The notes: generated from the letters alone by a model not told the origin. Positions 1 to 8,548 are shown, numbered from the stretch's first letter. The stretch is 46,352 nt of DNA from a virus (IMGVR_UViG_3300035696_002535), one strand, 5' to 3'. Numbers and translations: made by a program.

Positions 1-421
1 AGGTTAATATCTCATCAATAGGCCACGATAGTTCTTTCGTCTGTTTTGTTTCAACAATCTTCACATACTTATTATGAAGAAAATAACTTCCACACCGTTG
101 AAAATATAAACAGCCGTAATTCAGAGCTTCATTGGCACCTTTCATAAATCTTTCTGTTAAAATACCAAACGCTCCAACTAAGCTTTCGTTGTTGTTCTCA
201 GCTATTAACTCTACTGTAAATCCTACTTGATTATAGTGGGTATGACCAGCCAGTGCTTGAGATGCCTTAGAAAATTCTTTTTCCAATTTGCTTTTATAAA
301 TTGTATTTTCATATTCAAGCAATTCAACCCAATTATGTATAACAAGACACCAACCATAAACTAATGGTTTTATAAACCTATTATCATGTAATTCAATTTT
401 TGAAAAGGTATATTCTGACAT
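1..421 (-). CDS. hypothetical protein, 3' end outside window (MSEYTFSKIELHDNRF...)
   Basis: Hand translation: ATG at 421, 2 nt after the ligase stop; open to base 1. Confidence 0.75.
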   Translation of the reverse strand, partial: MSEYTFSKIELHDNRFIKPLVYGWCLVIHNWVELLEYENTIYKSKLEKEFSKASQALAGHTHYNQVGFTVELIAENNNESLVGAFGILTERFMKGANEALNYGCLYFQRCGSYFLHNKYVKIVETKQTKELSWPIDEILT

Positions 422-423
422 GA

Positions 424-1035
424 TTAAACCAGTTTCTCAAAAAGCTTCTCGTCGCCCTTGCAATAGTCCTTTAGCTTCTGCAGCCAGATCAGGCTTTTAA
501 TCTTGAACATGATTACGGGACCCTTCCTGGGATGCTTCGCCTTGCATACGACACCCTCCTCGGTCATGCCAGGAAGAGTGCTGTTTCTTACGGAATCTAC
601 GAAGGGTTGATTGGCGTTACCGTGATAAAGCAGTGGAGCTATCTTAAGGTGTCCATAAAGTCCCAGATAGTCAGCCGGTGGTATTATCCCCTTTTTAAAT
701 GGGGACACATCTATCAAAGATACTTCGTGGGGTTCTGAAATATGATGACCAGCAAAAGAGCTCTTCCCCCAGAACTCAAAAAAGGCCACAACGCTCTCGT
801 AACGCTCGTCTCTGAATATATCTCCTAAGTCTGCTTCAAACACCGATTTGATAAGGTCTATGGCCTCAGGAAGGAAAGGTTGATCTGAACCGATAAGACG
901 GTTTCTGCTCCCGAATTTGTAGAATCCCTTCTTGGGGGTCCACTCAGCTCGAATGTTCGATCCATCCAGTTTATTGAAGGCGTAAACCGGTAATCCGGGC
1001 TGGATCTTGTGACTTATGGTAGGGTATTCTTTCAT
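424..1035 (-). CDS. minimal RNA ligase (Rnl2-like nucleotidyltransferase domain only)
   Basis: Motif I KLDGSN, FFEF, motif IV EGVVCK, motif V MFKIK. Confidence 0.75.
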   Translation of the reverse strand: MKEYPTISHKIQPGLPVYAFNKLDGSNIRAEWTPKKGFYKFGSRNRLIGSDQPFLPEAIDLIKSVFEADLGDIFRDERYESVVAFFEFWGKSSFAGHHISEPHEVSLIDVSPFKKGIIPPADYLGLYGHLKIAPLLYHGNANQPFVDSVRNSTLPGMTEEGVVCKAKHPRKGPVIMFKIKSLIWLQKLKDYCKGDEKLFEKLV

Positions 1036-1184
1036 ATCTCTGCTAGTCGCTTCCTAAGCTTATTCTTGTCATGATGCCTAAGAAGCCGATGACTGAGCTT
1101 CTTTGAGCTCTTCTTTCGGCCATCACAGCAGGTGTCCTGGTGTCCCTTCACCTCAGCATATATCTTGTCGTGCCGACTGCTCAT
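1032..1184 (-). CDS. small basic hypothetical protein (50 aa, MSSRHDKIYAEVKGHQDTCC...)
   Basis: Hand translation; ATGA overlaps with both neighbours. Confidence 0.65.
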   Translation of the reverse strand: MSSRHDKIYAEVKGHQDTCCDGRKKSSKKLSHRLLRHHDKNKLRKRLAEI

Positions 1185-1381
1185 TTCATCATTTCCCGTT
1201 TATGTTTCTTGAGCTCCTTCAGCTCTTCTTTCGACAGCTTCCAGCAGCATGAACACTTGTGAATGATTTTGCGATGTTCTGTATCTTCGGGAGCATACTC
1301 GCCCCACTGAAGATTACCTTGATGGGACCCAAATAACCTGCACAAAAAGGATCCCCACCTGCTGCGTACTGTCTTAGTCAT
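1181..1381 (-). CDS. hypothetical protein
   Basis: ORF track; SD AAGGAG; operon packing. Confidence 0.7.
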   Translation of the reverse strand: MTKTVRSRWGSFLCRLFGSHQGNLQWGEYAPEDTEHRKIIHKCSCCWKLSKEELKELKKHKREMMK

Positions 1382-1396
1382 GGTTACTCCTTATGA

Positions 1397-1633
1397 TTAA
1401 TCCCTTAGTTCATAAACCTGTTCTGGAGAGTCTGGTGGGTCGTCATCATGACTGTCATCCACTTCAGGTTCTCTAGTCCAACGCAATTTGGTGGTTCTTA
1501 TATCATACCAAATATATATCCCGTGCTGATTTTTGCAAGCTATTAAAAACTCTTCCGGCTTTGCGGCGACAACACGGACCCACTCGCCTTTTTTATCACA
1601 AAGCTCCAGGTTTAGATCAGACCAAAAACTCAT
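1397..1633 (-). CDS. hypothetical protein
   Basis: ORF track; SD GGAG; follows promoter at 1653. Confidence 0.7.
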   Translation of the reverse strand: MSFWSDLNLELCDKKGEWVRVVAAKPEEFLIACKNQHGIYIWYDIRTTKLRWTREPEVDDSHDDDPPDSPEQVYELRD

Positions 1634-1652
1634 AGCTGTCTCCTTCCCTTCT

Positions 1653-1681
1653 AATATACTTTTTTGACGACCTAAATCTGC
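1653..1681 (-). promoter_or_regulatory. recurrent promoter: GCAGAT-17-TATATT with AAAAAAG before the -10
   Basis: One of 9 copies of the AAAAG-TATATT motif upstream of minus-strand operons. Confidence 0.65.
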
Positions 1682-1763
1682 AAAAAAAGTGATTTAAAAA
1701 AATAAAGCCCGAATCGTATATTAAAAGTATCGCAAGAGATACTTTTTCAAAAAGGAGTGATTT

Positions 1764-2051
1764 ATGGCTAAACAATCCATCAATGCTTGGCTGTCAATGA
1801 AAAACAGCCTTCAGGCTAGGCTGGCCGAGGTCAAAGGGATGAAGTCAGAGGCTTCCTATAGACTTATCTCCGATTATGACGGAAGGAAAGAAGTCAGAGA
1901 GCCAACGTACGACATCAAGCAGATCGACAAAAAATCCGCAGCTCTTACGACAGCTCTGTTCAAAATCGACAGAGCCATTAAAGAGGCTAATGCAGCCACA
2001 AAAGTCGAGCTTGATGTGGACTATGACGCTCTCGTCGCACCTATAGACTAA
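1764..2051 (+). CDS. small helical protein resembling DIP1984/DUF6847 family
   Basis: SD AAGGAG and upstream TATATT (1717-1722); YDIKQIDKK...IDRAIKEANAATKVE resembles the DIP1984 C-terminal segment (from memory). Confidence 0.5.
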   Translation: MAKQSINAWLSMKNSLQARLAEVKGMKSEASYRLISDYDGRKEVREPTYDIKQIDKKSAALTTALFKIDRAIKEANAATKVELDVDYDALVAPID

Positions 2052-2056
2052 AACCG

Positions 2057-2280
2057 GAAGGGAGAGAGGTAGCTAGGTGTCTCTCCTAACGGAGAGGTAC
2101 CGAAGTAAGGATATAAGAGCTAGCCATACTGGTCGTCTTATGCGGAACCAAAATACTTTGTTGTCATAGAGTTCCGCAGGACAAAACAGTTATGCTTTGT
2201 TTTTGTGACCCGGATTCGTCCAGGTTTTGTTGTTGTAATTAGCTTTTAATCTTTATTGCTATCCCGACTCCCTTCTTTTT
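2057..2280 (+). ncRNA. candidate structured ncRNA (~220 nt)
   Basis: Nested helices 2057-64/2268-75, 2068-73/2258-63, 2105-12/2249-56, 2115-23/2239-47; hairpins 2076-2101, 2141-78, 2207-26 (UUCG loop); ends in a U-tract. Confidence 0.7.
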
Positions 2281-2294
2281 AAAAAGGTATACCT

Positions 2295-2726
2295 ATGCAA
2301 GATCTACAAAAACTCATGGACGACAAATTCATTGATACACTCATCTTGCTTTATTATGTCCGCTGCAGTGAGTACCGAAAAGCTTGTGAAGACAAAGATG
2401 AGGAAAATATTAAAGCTCTCGGTGAAGACTGCTCTGCATTTGAAGCTGTTGCAGAGGTGTTGGGGATCGACATATCCATCAGGAACCCGTATGAGTCATA
2501 TGAGTGCTGCGCAAACTGTCAGCACTGGGATGCTGTTTCGGTACTTGGCAACGATACCATAGAGCCGTGGAGCAAAATGCCGGAAGATGAGAAAAGATCT
2601 ATAGCCTATAGTGGCCGATGTGAAAAAATCCGTGAATCCATAGAGCCAGATGAGAACTGCAGCTATAAAAATATAATTACAGAAAAAGAATTCTGTTGTA
2701 ATCACTATGAGAAGTGGAGAAAATAG
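2295..2726 (+). CDS. hypothetical Cys-rich protein
   Basis: ORF track; CANCQHW...CCNHY. Confidence 0.75.
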   Translation: MQDLQKLMDDKFIDTLILLYYVRCSEYRKACEDKDEENIKALGEDCSAFEAVAEVLGIDISIRNPYESYECCANCQHWDAVSVLGNDTIEPWSKMPEDEKRSIAYSGRCEKIRESIEPDENCSYKNIITEKEFCCNHYEKWRK

Positions 2727-2739
2727 TTGAAGATAGGCT

Positions 2740-2919
2740 ATGATGACCCCAACGGAAATGATAGAAACGTCCATTGCTCAGCTGGTTGAAAAGAAACTCA
2801 CCTTCGGTCTAACGACAGAGGAACAAGATGCCTTAAACAGATTGTTGTCTGTTAATGTCCTTCTTCGGAAATTGGACGACACACTAGGGGAATTAGGTAA
2901 AGATGAACATCAAAGATAA
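2740..2919 (+). CDS. hypothetical protein (59 aa, MMTPTEMIETSIAQL...)
   Basis: Hand translation; fills the operon gap. Confidence 0.6.
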   Translation: MMTPTEMIETSIAQLVEKKLTFGLTTEEQDALNRLLSVNVLLRKLDDTLGELGKDEHQR

Positions 2920-3172
2920 AAACAAGGACATGCCTATGTACAAAAATGAGAGACAACAAAGCATGTTAGAAAGCTTCAAAAGATTATATGGTAAAAATCT
3001 TGAACAGGAACAATTTGGCTTTCTACACAGGCACCCTAAAGCAGAAACAGCTAATGACATAGGTTGTGACCATGTTATAGTGGATAAGAAAGATTGGGAA
3101 GAAGTTCGGAACTATTATCAAGCCTATAAAGATTTTTATGTAATGTGTAAAAAATGGTTGTGTCTAAATTAG
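2903..3172 (+). CDS. hypothetical protein (true start may be a later ATG)
   Basis: ORF track. Confidence 0.65.
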   Translation: MNIKDKNKDMPMYKNERQQSMLESFKRLYGKNLEQEQFGFLHRHPKAETANDIGCDHVIVDKKDWEEVRNYYQAYKDFYVMCKKWLCLN

Positions 3173-3182
3173 GAGGTAATGT

Positions 3183-3431
3183 ATGAGTGGTGAGGTTAAT
3201 CTAAAAATAGATATTTGTTGTCGCAGGAGTTCTGTTCCTCCTGATGATTTAGTGGCTGACTTGTACAAGATGCTTTTAGACCAAGGCCATTTAGAAAAAA
3301 ACATACAGGTAGAGTATCTACAAAACAGTACTCCGAGTGAGGTATCTGGTGGAGCTGTTGATACCGGTACTGGTTGTGACGGCATAACTTGTGATGAGAA
3401 GATTCTAATCAGATTCGTACCCGAAATCTAA
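3183..3431 (+). CDS. hypothetical protein
   Basis: ORF track; SD AGGAGG. Confidence 0.75.
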   Translation: MSGEVNLKIDICCRRSSVPPDDLVADLYKMLLDQGHLEKNIQVEYLQNSTPSEVSGGAVDTGTGCDGITCDEKILIRFVPEI

Positions 3432-3441
3432 AGGGGGATCT

Positions 3442-3864
3442 ATGAGCGCTAATTTAGAACTATGCTTTGTCGTAGGTATGCTTGTCTGTTTTTTACTAGG
3501 CGTGCACTGTGGAGGGCTCACCTGGTTCATGGGAAAATTTTTCCATTTTGCCTATGTAGATTTTGAAGGCTCAGATATAGACAGTGCATTGAATCTCTTT
3601 AAATATAGGTGCCCACCTCTGAAGAGATATGAGGGTGTGGAAGTGCGTTTGATGCCAGGGTTCACTTGGACCGATGACAAAGGACAACAACACTCTGTCA
3701 AAGACTTCGTGAGGGCATCCAAGATGTTTTTTAAACCATACTTTGGAGACGATCACGAGACTTATAGCAGGGACACTGAAGGTAGACCTTATCGAACGCT
3801 GGAATACCTTAAGGAAAAAGCGAAGGAAGCAGGTTTAAAAATTATCTGTTCGGGATATTATTAA
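3442..3864 (+). CDS. hypothetical protein with hydrophobic N-terminus
   Basis: ORF track; SD GGGGG. Confidence 0.7.
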   Translation: MSANLELCFVVGMLVCFLLGVHCGGLTWFMGKFFHFAYVDFEGSDIDSALNLFKYRCPPLKRYEGVEVRLMPGFTWTDDKGQQHSVKDFVRASKMFFKPYFGDDHETYSRDTEGRPYRTLEYLKEKAKEAGLKIICSGYY

Positions 3865-3882
3865 GAAGCAAAGGAGAGTTTT

Positions 3883-4104
3883 ATGCGAATCAGTGTGGAA
3901 GTAGACCCTCATGAGATCTTAAGCGAATTAGATTCGGACACCATTTTTGGATACTTAATTAATACCGGAGCCTATCCAAAGAAGAGAGTAGAGGAGTTCT
4001 ACCACGGGGATTTCGATCTGAAGGCCTTTTTAAAGGAAATCAGAAAAGAAGATGCTCTCAGGATATGCCTGGACTTTATAAAAGAAGAGGCAATGAAAAC
4101 CTAG
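3883..4104 (+). CDS. hypothetical protein
   Basis: ORF track; SD AAGGAG. Confidence 0.75.
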   Translation: MRISVEVDPHEILSELDSDTIFGYLINTGAYPKKRVEEFYHGDFDLKAFLKEIRKEDALRICLDFIKEEAMKT

Positions 4105-4114
4105 AGGAGAAAGC

Positions 4115-4642
4115 ATGAAAAATATAATTATGATTTTGCTCTTCGCTTCAATCTGCAGTGCTGCAACTTCAGGTACGCTGGATTCTATATACAAAGAGAG
4201 TAAAGTTGGAGAACAGAAAGCAAGACACATAGGATGGTTTCCTACGAAAGGTGTTGGTGTCACTCCCGAAGCACTCCCTGTAGCTCCTTCTAAAGCAATT
4301 ACAAAAGAAAAAAGTATGGAGTTCTTACCTGAAAAAAGCATGCATCCAGTTCAAGTAGCCCCTTCTGTAACCATCAAAAAAGAAAAGATATTAACAAGGG
4401 CGACCAGCCAGGATACTTTAATAAATGAGCTTGTACAAAAGATCGACAGTCTGGGATCGAAAGTCAGCGATTTAGAATCAAATCAGGAGAAAATAACCCT
4501 TATTGAAGCCAGCCTTCAGACTCAATCGCTTACACATTCAGATAGCATGAGCCTTATTACTAACCTGCTTGGTATAGTCATAGGTGCAATAGCTACGCTT
4601 CTAGCGGCATACATAACGGCTAAGGCCACGAAGAAGATTTAA
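4115..4642 (+). CDS. exported/membrane protein (signal peptide, coiled coil, C-terminal TM)
   Basis: MKNIIMILLFASICSA leader; C-terminal LLGIVIGAIATLLAAYITA. Confidence 0.7.
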   Translation: MKNIIMILLFASICSAATSGTLDSIYKESKVGEQKARHIGWFPTKGVGVTPEALPVAPSKAITKEKSMEFLPEKSMHPVQVAPSVTIKKEKILTRATSQDTLINELVQKIDSLGSKVSDLESNQEKITLIEASLQTQSLTHSDSMSLITNLLGIVIGAIATLLAAYITAKATKKI

Positions 4643-4652
4643 AGGAGATTGT

Positions 4653-4964
4653 ATGGTATGCTCAAGGTGTAAAAGCTCAAGGGTATTATACATAACGATA
4701 AAAGCTACTGATGCTGGTGGATCCTTTGATATCGATGGAAAAGAAGAAAACATAGAGGGATACATCCCCAATGATCTCGGAATAGGTGGAGGAGATTATG
4801 TAGAGTTTAAATATTGTCTGGATTGCGGACAGATGCAAGGGAAGTTCCCTTTAAAGGAAATCGAGTTGGAAGTAGCAAAAGAAGAAACTATAGAAGAAGA
4901 CATCAATCCTATGGAGCTGTCGGAGGAAGATTACGAGAAATATAAAGAGGGACACGGTTTATAG
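4653..4964 (+). CDS. hypothetical zinc-binding protein (CxxC...CxxC)
   Basis: CSRC and CLDC; SD AAGGAG. Confidence 0.7.
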   Translation: MVCSRCKSSRVLYITIKATDAGGSFDIDGKEENIEGYIPNDLGIGGGDYVEFKYCLDCGQMQGKFPLKEIELEVAKEETIEEDINPMELSEEDYEKYKEGHGL

Positions 4965-5045
4965 ATGATACGGAGACTATTGGTTATGCTGAGCTGAAGC
5001 AGGTAGCCATCATGTGTCCGTATCGCAGATCTTCAGCCATTAGGG

Positions 5046-5072
5046 GAGCCTCAAGTACTTGGGGCTCTTTTT
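5046..5072 (+). terminator. rho-independent terminator
   Basis: gagcctcaa/ttggggctc stem, gtac loop, T5; lies between convergent operons. Confidence 0.7.
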
Positions 5073-5373
5073 ATACAACATGCATCAAAAGCCCTATTGC
5101 TATTACAGCAGCGTGTAGAAGCTGATCTTGCCACACGGTTTTCACGACATGCCAACGAGCCTTTAGCGAATCTATCAACATATGGGATGTGAACAAAAAT
5201 AATGCAAAAGGCCAACCCACATGCGCAAATATGACAAAAGTCGCTGTGTATATAGCGCAATGATACAAGAGCACCTCCCATGATTTCCCCTTATTCAGTG
5301 CCAACCAATCAGATTGAAAAGGAAAATCTCCTAAAAGATGGCAAGCTACTAGTAATAAAATTTTTTCTATCAT
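5071..5373 (-). CDS. DUF3307-type membrane protein
   Basis: HLLGDFPFQSDWLA...H...SHMLID...DQLLH pattern. Confidence 0.75.
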   Translation of the reverse strand: MIEKILLLVACHLLGDFPFQSDWLALNKGKSWEVLLYHCAIYTATFVIFAHVGWPFALFLFTSHMLIDSLKARWHVVKTVWQDQLLHAAVIAIGLLMHVV

Positions 5374-5385
5374 TTTATCCTCCTT

Positions 5386-5574
5386 TTAGTCGTGAAAGTA
5401 ATTCCCGGTCATTGAAAAGTCATCGTCGTCCCATGAGCTTTCTTTACGCTTTTTGGGTTTGGAATCTTCATCGAAATGGATATAGTAAGCAGTCATAGAA
5501 AAGTCCTCTTCCGGTTCTGAGGAGCTGTCATCATCCATCCATACACCGTCTCTTACACCAGGTCCGTACAGCAT
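5386..5574 (-). CDS. acidic hypothetical protein
   Basis: ORF track; SD AAGGAGG. Confidence 0.65.
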   Translation of the reverse strand: MLYGPGVRDGVWMDDDSSSEPEEDFSMTAYYIHFDEDSKPKKRKESSWDDDDFSMTGNYFHD

Positions 5575-5698
5575 AGAGCCTCCTTATGTTAAAGTAGACC
5601 ACTTTAAATATACAAGGATAAAGGTATTCTGTCTGTGATCCCCATCACATTTCGTGATTTAATCTGGCCAATCCGTGATTGTATATTTATAGAAAGGG

Positions 5699-5959
5699 GT
5701 GCGCATGACAGAATTAAAAAGACGTGAGTACAACGACGGCACTATGGAAATGGCCATTGGGAGAGCAGTAATGCAGATTGTATTTAAAATATGCGATACA
5801 AGAGGCCAAAATAAGAAGGATACTATAACTCGTGAACAAGAGGATAAGATGTTTATAGAAGCAATTAGAGAAGTGTTTAAAAATAGAAGGAAATTTACGA
5901 TAGGGATATTATCTGTCGATCCCGGTATCCCTGCAGGAGATAAAAATGATCCATTCTGA
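5699..5959 (+). CDS. hypothetical protein
   Basis: ORF track; upstream TATATT 5682-5687. Confidence 0.65.
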   Translation: MRMTELKRREYNDGTMEMAIGRAVMQIVFKICDTRGQNKKDTITREQEDKMFIEAIREVFKNRRKFTIGILSVDPGIPAGDKNDPF

Positions 5960-7115
5960 AATCAAAAACAGATTCACCGGAGAAGTAGTGGCAAAAATAG
6001 AAACACAGTCCTCAATAGCGGTAGGAGACGATAGATATAAAAATATACAACTCCCCGAAACTGATTTACGAAGATCAAAATTTTCAAAGATGAATCTCCG
6101 GAAGGCTAACTTTTTTAGGGCAGTTCTGACAGACTCCAGTTTTGTTGAAGCAGATCTTCGAGGGGCGGATTTTTCCATGGCTGACCTATCCCATGCAGAT
6201 TTCTCCAAAGCGGACCTCTCAGGAGCCAACTTAGAGGAGGCAAACTGCGTTGGAGCCATATTCAAGGATGCCAACCTTTCCGATGCAAAGATGAAAGGAG
6301 CCAGATGTTCCAAGGCAAGCTTTATAGGAGCCATTATAGCGGGTGTAGACTTCAAAGGAGCCAGTCTGTTCAAGGCTAAGGGACTTTATAAGGTAATGGG
6401 CGTAGAGCCAGGGAACGTGTATTGGAAGAGGTTTAATCAAGGATTAAAGAGTAATGATTGCCATTTTCAGTATAAACTGGGTTTAAACGTTTTAACCCAA
6501 GACTTTGCTGGAGATGATAGGGAGACATGCTCATTTCCGGGCTTCCATTTTGGTTCAAAATCCTGGTGCTCCTGGAACTATCCCAACCGTCCATTGGAAG
6601 CGAAAGTAAGAATCCCCGAAGGAGCCCTTATAAACGAACCCTACGCCACAGACGGGACCGCTTCAGCAGACCGCATAGAGATTCTTCAGGTTTTTGATGC
6701 TGTTACTGGTGAAGATGTAACAAGTAAATTCAGAGGTATAGAAAATACAGGAAAAGTCTATCATAACAAAGCTAGAGTTTCCTGTAAATTCTGTGGAGCT
6801 GATAAAGCGACAAAAGAAGGCTACAGAAAGACAAAAGCAGGAAGTACCCAGAGATATTTTTGTCATAATTGCTACAGGTCCTTTTCTAGGAGAGGTAGAT
6901 CCTGGACTAGTGTAAACGACAAGAGCATAGTGAATGCCGCCCTACGCTTGTTTGCATCAGGATATGACTTAGACAAAATATCCTTGGAATTAAAAAGGAT
7001 TTTCAATATATGTCCTGCTTGGAAAACTATTGATAAATGGATAAAAGAAAACCAATGGAAAGGAAGTCACCATGAGCCCAAGAAGCCCGGCAACATCAAG
7101 CCCACAACCCTGTAG
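5946..7115 (+). CDS. pentapeptide-repeat protein fused to a transposase-like zinc ribbon + HTH
   Basis: A(D/N)LxxA repeats; C-terminal CKFC...QRYFCHNCYRSF then a helix-turn-helix-like segment. Confidence 0.75.
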   Translation: MIHSEIKNRFTGEVVAKIETQSSIAVGDDRYKNIQLPETDLRRSKFSKMNLRKANFFRAVLTDSSFVEADLRGADFSMADLSHADFSKADLSGANLEEANCVGAIFKDANLSDAKMKGARCSKASFIGAIIAGVDFKGASLFKAKGLYKVMGVEPGNVYWKRFNQGLKSNDCHFQYKLGLNVLTQDFAGDDRETCSFPGFHFGSKSWCSWNYPNRPLEAKVRIPEGALINEPYATDGTASADRIEILQVFDAVTGEDVTSKFRGIENTGKVYHNKARVSCKFCGADKATKEGYRKTKAGSTQRYFCHNCYRSFSRRGRSWTSVNDKSIVNAALRLFASGYDLDKISLELKRIFNICPAWKTIDKWIKENQWKGSHHEPKKPGNIKPTTL

Positions 7116-7148
7116 AGGAGAAGACAAAGTCCAAGAAGAAAAAAGTTT

Positions 7149-7382
7149 ATGACGGCTGTCAATAGGATAAACAGTAAATTTTCTGTTATGAATGGGACCT
7201 TAACTCAACTATTTGAGACATTTGCTCCAGTTCTCAGCCCTGAAAGTGAGCAAAAGGATGCAGTAGAAGAAAAAGACCACAAAGCTGCTAGCGATTTCGA
7301 AGATTTTATATTTTCATCTATAGAAAAAATGGATTCGATTATAGATCGCATGCAAGACATGATACAGAGAAGCGCCGTTTAA
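7149..7382 (+). CDS. hypothetical protein, paralog of 7410-7721; probable N-terminus in -1-shifted frame from ATG 7072
   Basis: Shared ETF.PVL...ASDF...IQRSAV C-terminus. Confidence 0.7.
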   Translation: MTAVNRINSKFSVMNGTLTQLFETFAPVLSPESEQKDAVEEKDHKAASDFEDFIFSSIEKMDSIIDRMQDMIQRSAV

Positions 7383-7409
7383 TATTATTAAAAACTAAAG
7401 GAGCTATTT

Positions 7410-7721
7410 ATGGGTCCAAAAACTGCCTCAATTACAGCAACCACTACACAAGGCCGTAAAGAGATCTCGACTTCTGATGAAAAAAGGTTTGTTACAGCTT
7501 CGAAGAGATTAGACTCTCGATTTGGCGATTTAAATATTGCTATAGCTAATCTTAGAGAAACCTTTTCTCCTGTACTTCGTACCGACTTTGATAAAGATAC
7601 AGAAGAGGAAAAAGAGCCAGACACAGCTAGCGACTTTGACGGACTTGTTGAGAAGTCTTTACAAAGAATACAAAATGCCATAGATGATGTCTCAAGTCTG
7701 ATCCAGAGAAGTGCCGTCTAA
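7410..7721 (+). CDS. hypothetical protein, paralog of 7149-7382
   Basis: ORF track; SD AAGGAG; shared motifs. Confidence 0.8.
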   Translation: MGPKTASITATTTQGRKEISTSDEKRFVTASKRLDSRFGDLNIAIANLRETFSPVLRTDFDKDTEEEKEPDTASDFDGLVEKSLQRIQNAIDDVSSLIQRSAV

Positions 7722-7747
7722 CAAGTCTTGATTATCTGTTAATATTT

Positions 7748-7781
7748 AAAGGGATATAGCGAACAAGCTGTATCCCTTTTT
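7748..7781 (+). terminator. rho-independent terminator
   Basis: aaagggatatagc/gctgtatcccttt stem, gaacaa loop, T-tract. Confidence 0.75.
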
Positions 7782-7795
7782 ATTAGGATCAAAAA

Positions 7796-8278
7796 ATGGC
7801 TTTTGAATTGACTGCTGACTGGCTCTCCGAACAGCAACAATGGCTAGAGAGACATAGAGAAAAATCAAAATCTGGGCCGGATGTAGGAAAGCTCGTCTCG
7901 GATAGAGCCCGACAGTATCTTAGTGGAGCCAGAGACAAGCCTATAAAAAATCCCGGCCTGTTTATAAAAGACCTTTATGTTGTTCTTAGGGACTTGCAAT
8001 CGGTTAAACATGGATCAGCCGAACGATTAAAGCATGAATTAATAGAACTCATTAATGAGATGCAGTCAAAAGCCCACAAAGGCGAAGTTATCCTGCCTAC
8101 ATCCTTTCAGAACAAAGCCCTTATGGATGCTTCCGAGTTCGACAGGACAGGAATTATTACAGAGAAACTGATCAATGCTTTCAATGAAAAATACGAGGGT
8201 GTTAGAAGGATAGTCAAGGCTGCTTCCTTCTTGAGAAAGCTAGCCTCAGTCCTGCAGAAATTAACGACCCAGGTCTAA
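7796..8278 (+). CDS. hypothetical helical protein
   Basis: ORF track. Confidence 0.7.
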   Translation: MAFELTADWLSEQQQWLERHREKSKSGPDVGKLVSDRARQYLSGARDKPIKNPGLFIKDLYVVLRDLQSVKHGSAERLKHELIELINEMQSKAHKGEVILPTSFQNKALMDASEFDRTGIITEKLINAFNEKYEGVRRIVKAASFLRKLASVLQKLTTQV

Positions 8279-8548
8279 CCGCCAACGGGCTATTACCCCT
8301 TCGTGTGCCTCTTCAAGATACATAGGCAGATCCTCTTTAGGGATACGGAAGAGCGCCTCGAATATATCCGGGAATAGCTCCTGAAGGTCGTTCATAAAAA
8401 GAGCAGCTCCCATAGAGCCCCCCTCTCGTACTCCGTCCTGAAGAGTTCCACGGTCGAGATGCTCCTGGATAAGGTCTGAGATCTCCTCATAGTGAGGTCC
8501 CAGGAACACGAGCAGGCTCTTAAAATCCTCTTCCTCGTAACTGAGCAT
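8261..8548 (-). CDS. hypothetical protein
   Basis: ORF track; SD GGAGG; own promoter. Confidence 0.75.
   Translation of the reverse strand: MLSYEEEDFKSLLVFLGPHYEEISDLIQEHLDRGTLQDGVREGGSMGAALFMNDLQELFPDIFEALFRIPKEDLPMYLEEAHEGVIARWRLDLGR

Noticed and set aside
5909-6373. 154-aa antisense ORF
   Set aside because: Shadow of the pentapeptide repeats
6771-7070. Active IS1/IS6 element
   Set aside because: No DDE domain or terminal repeats noticed; in frame with the pentapeptide gene
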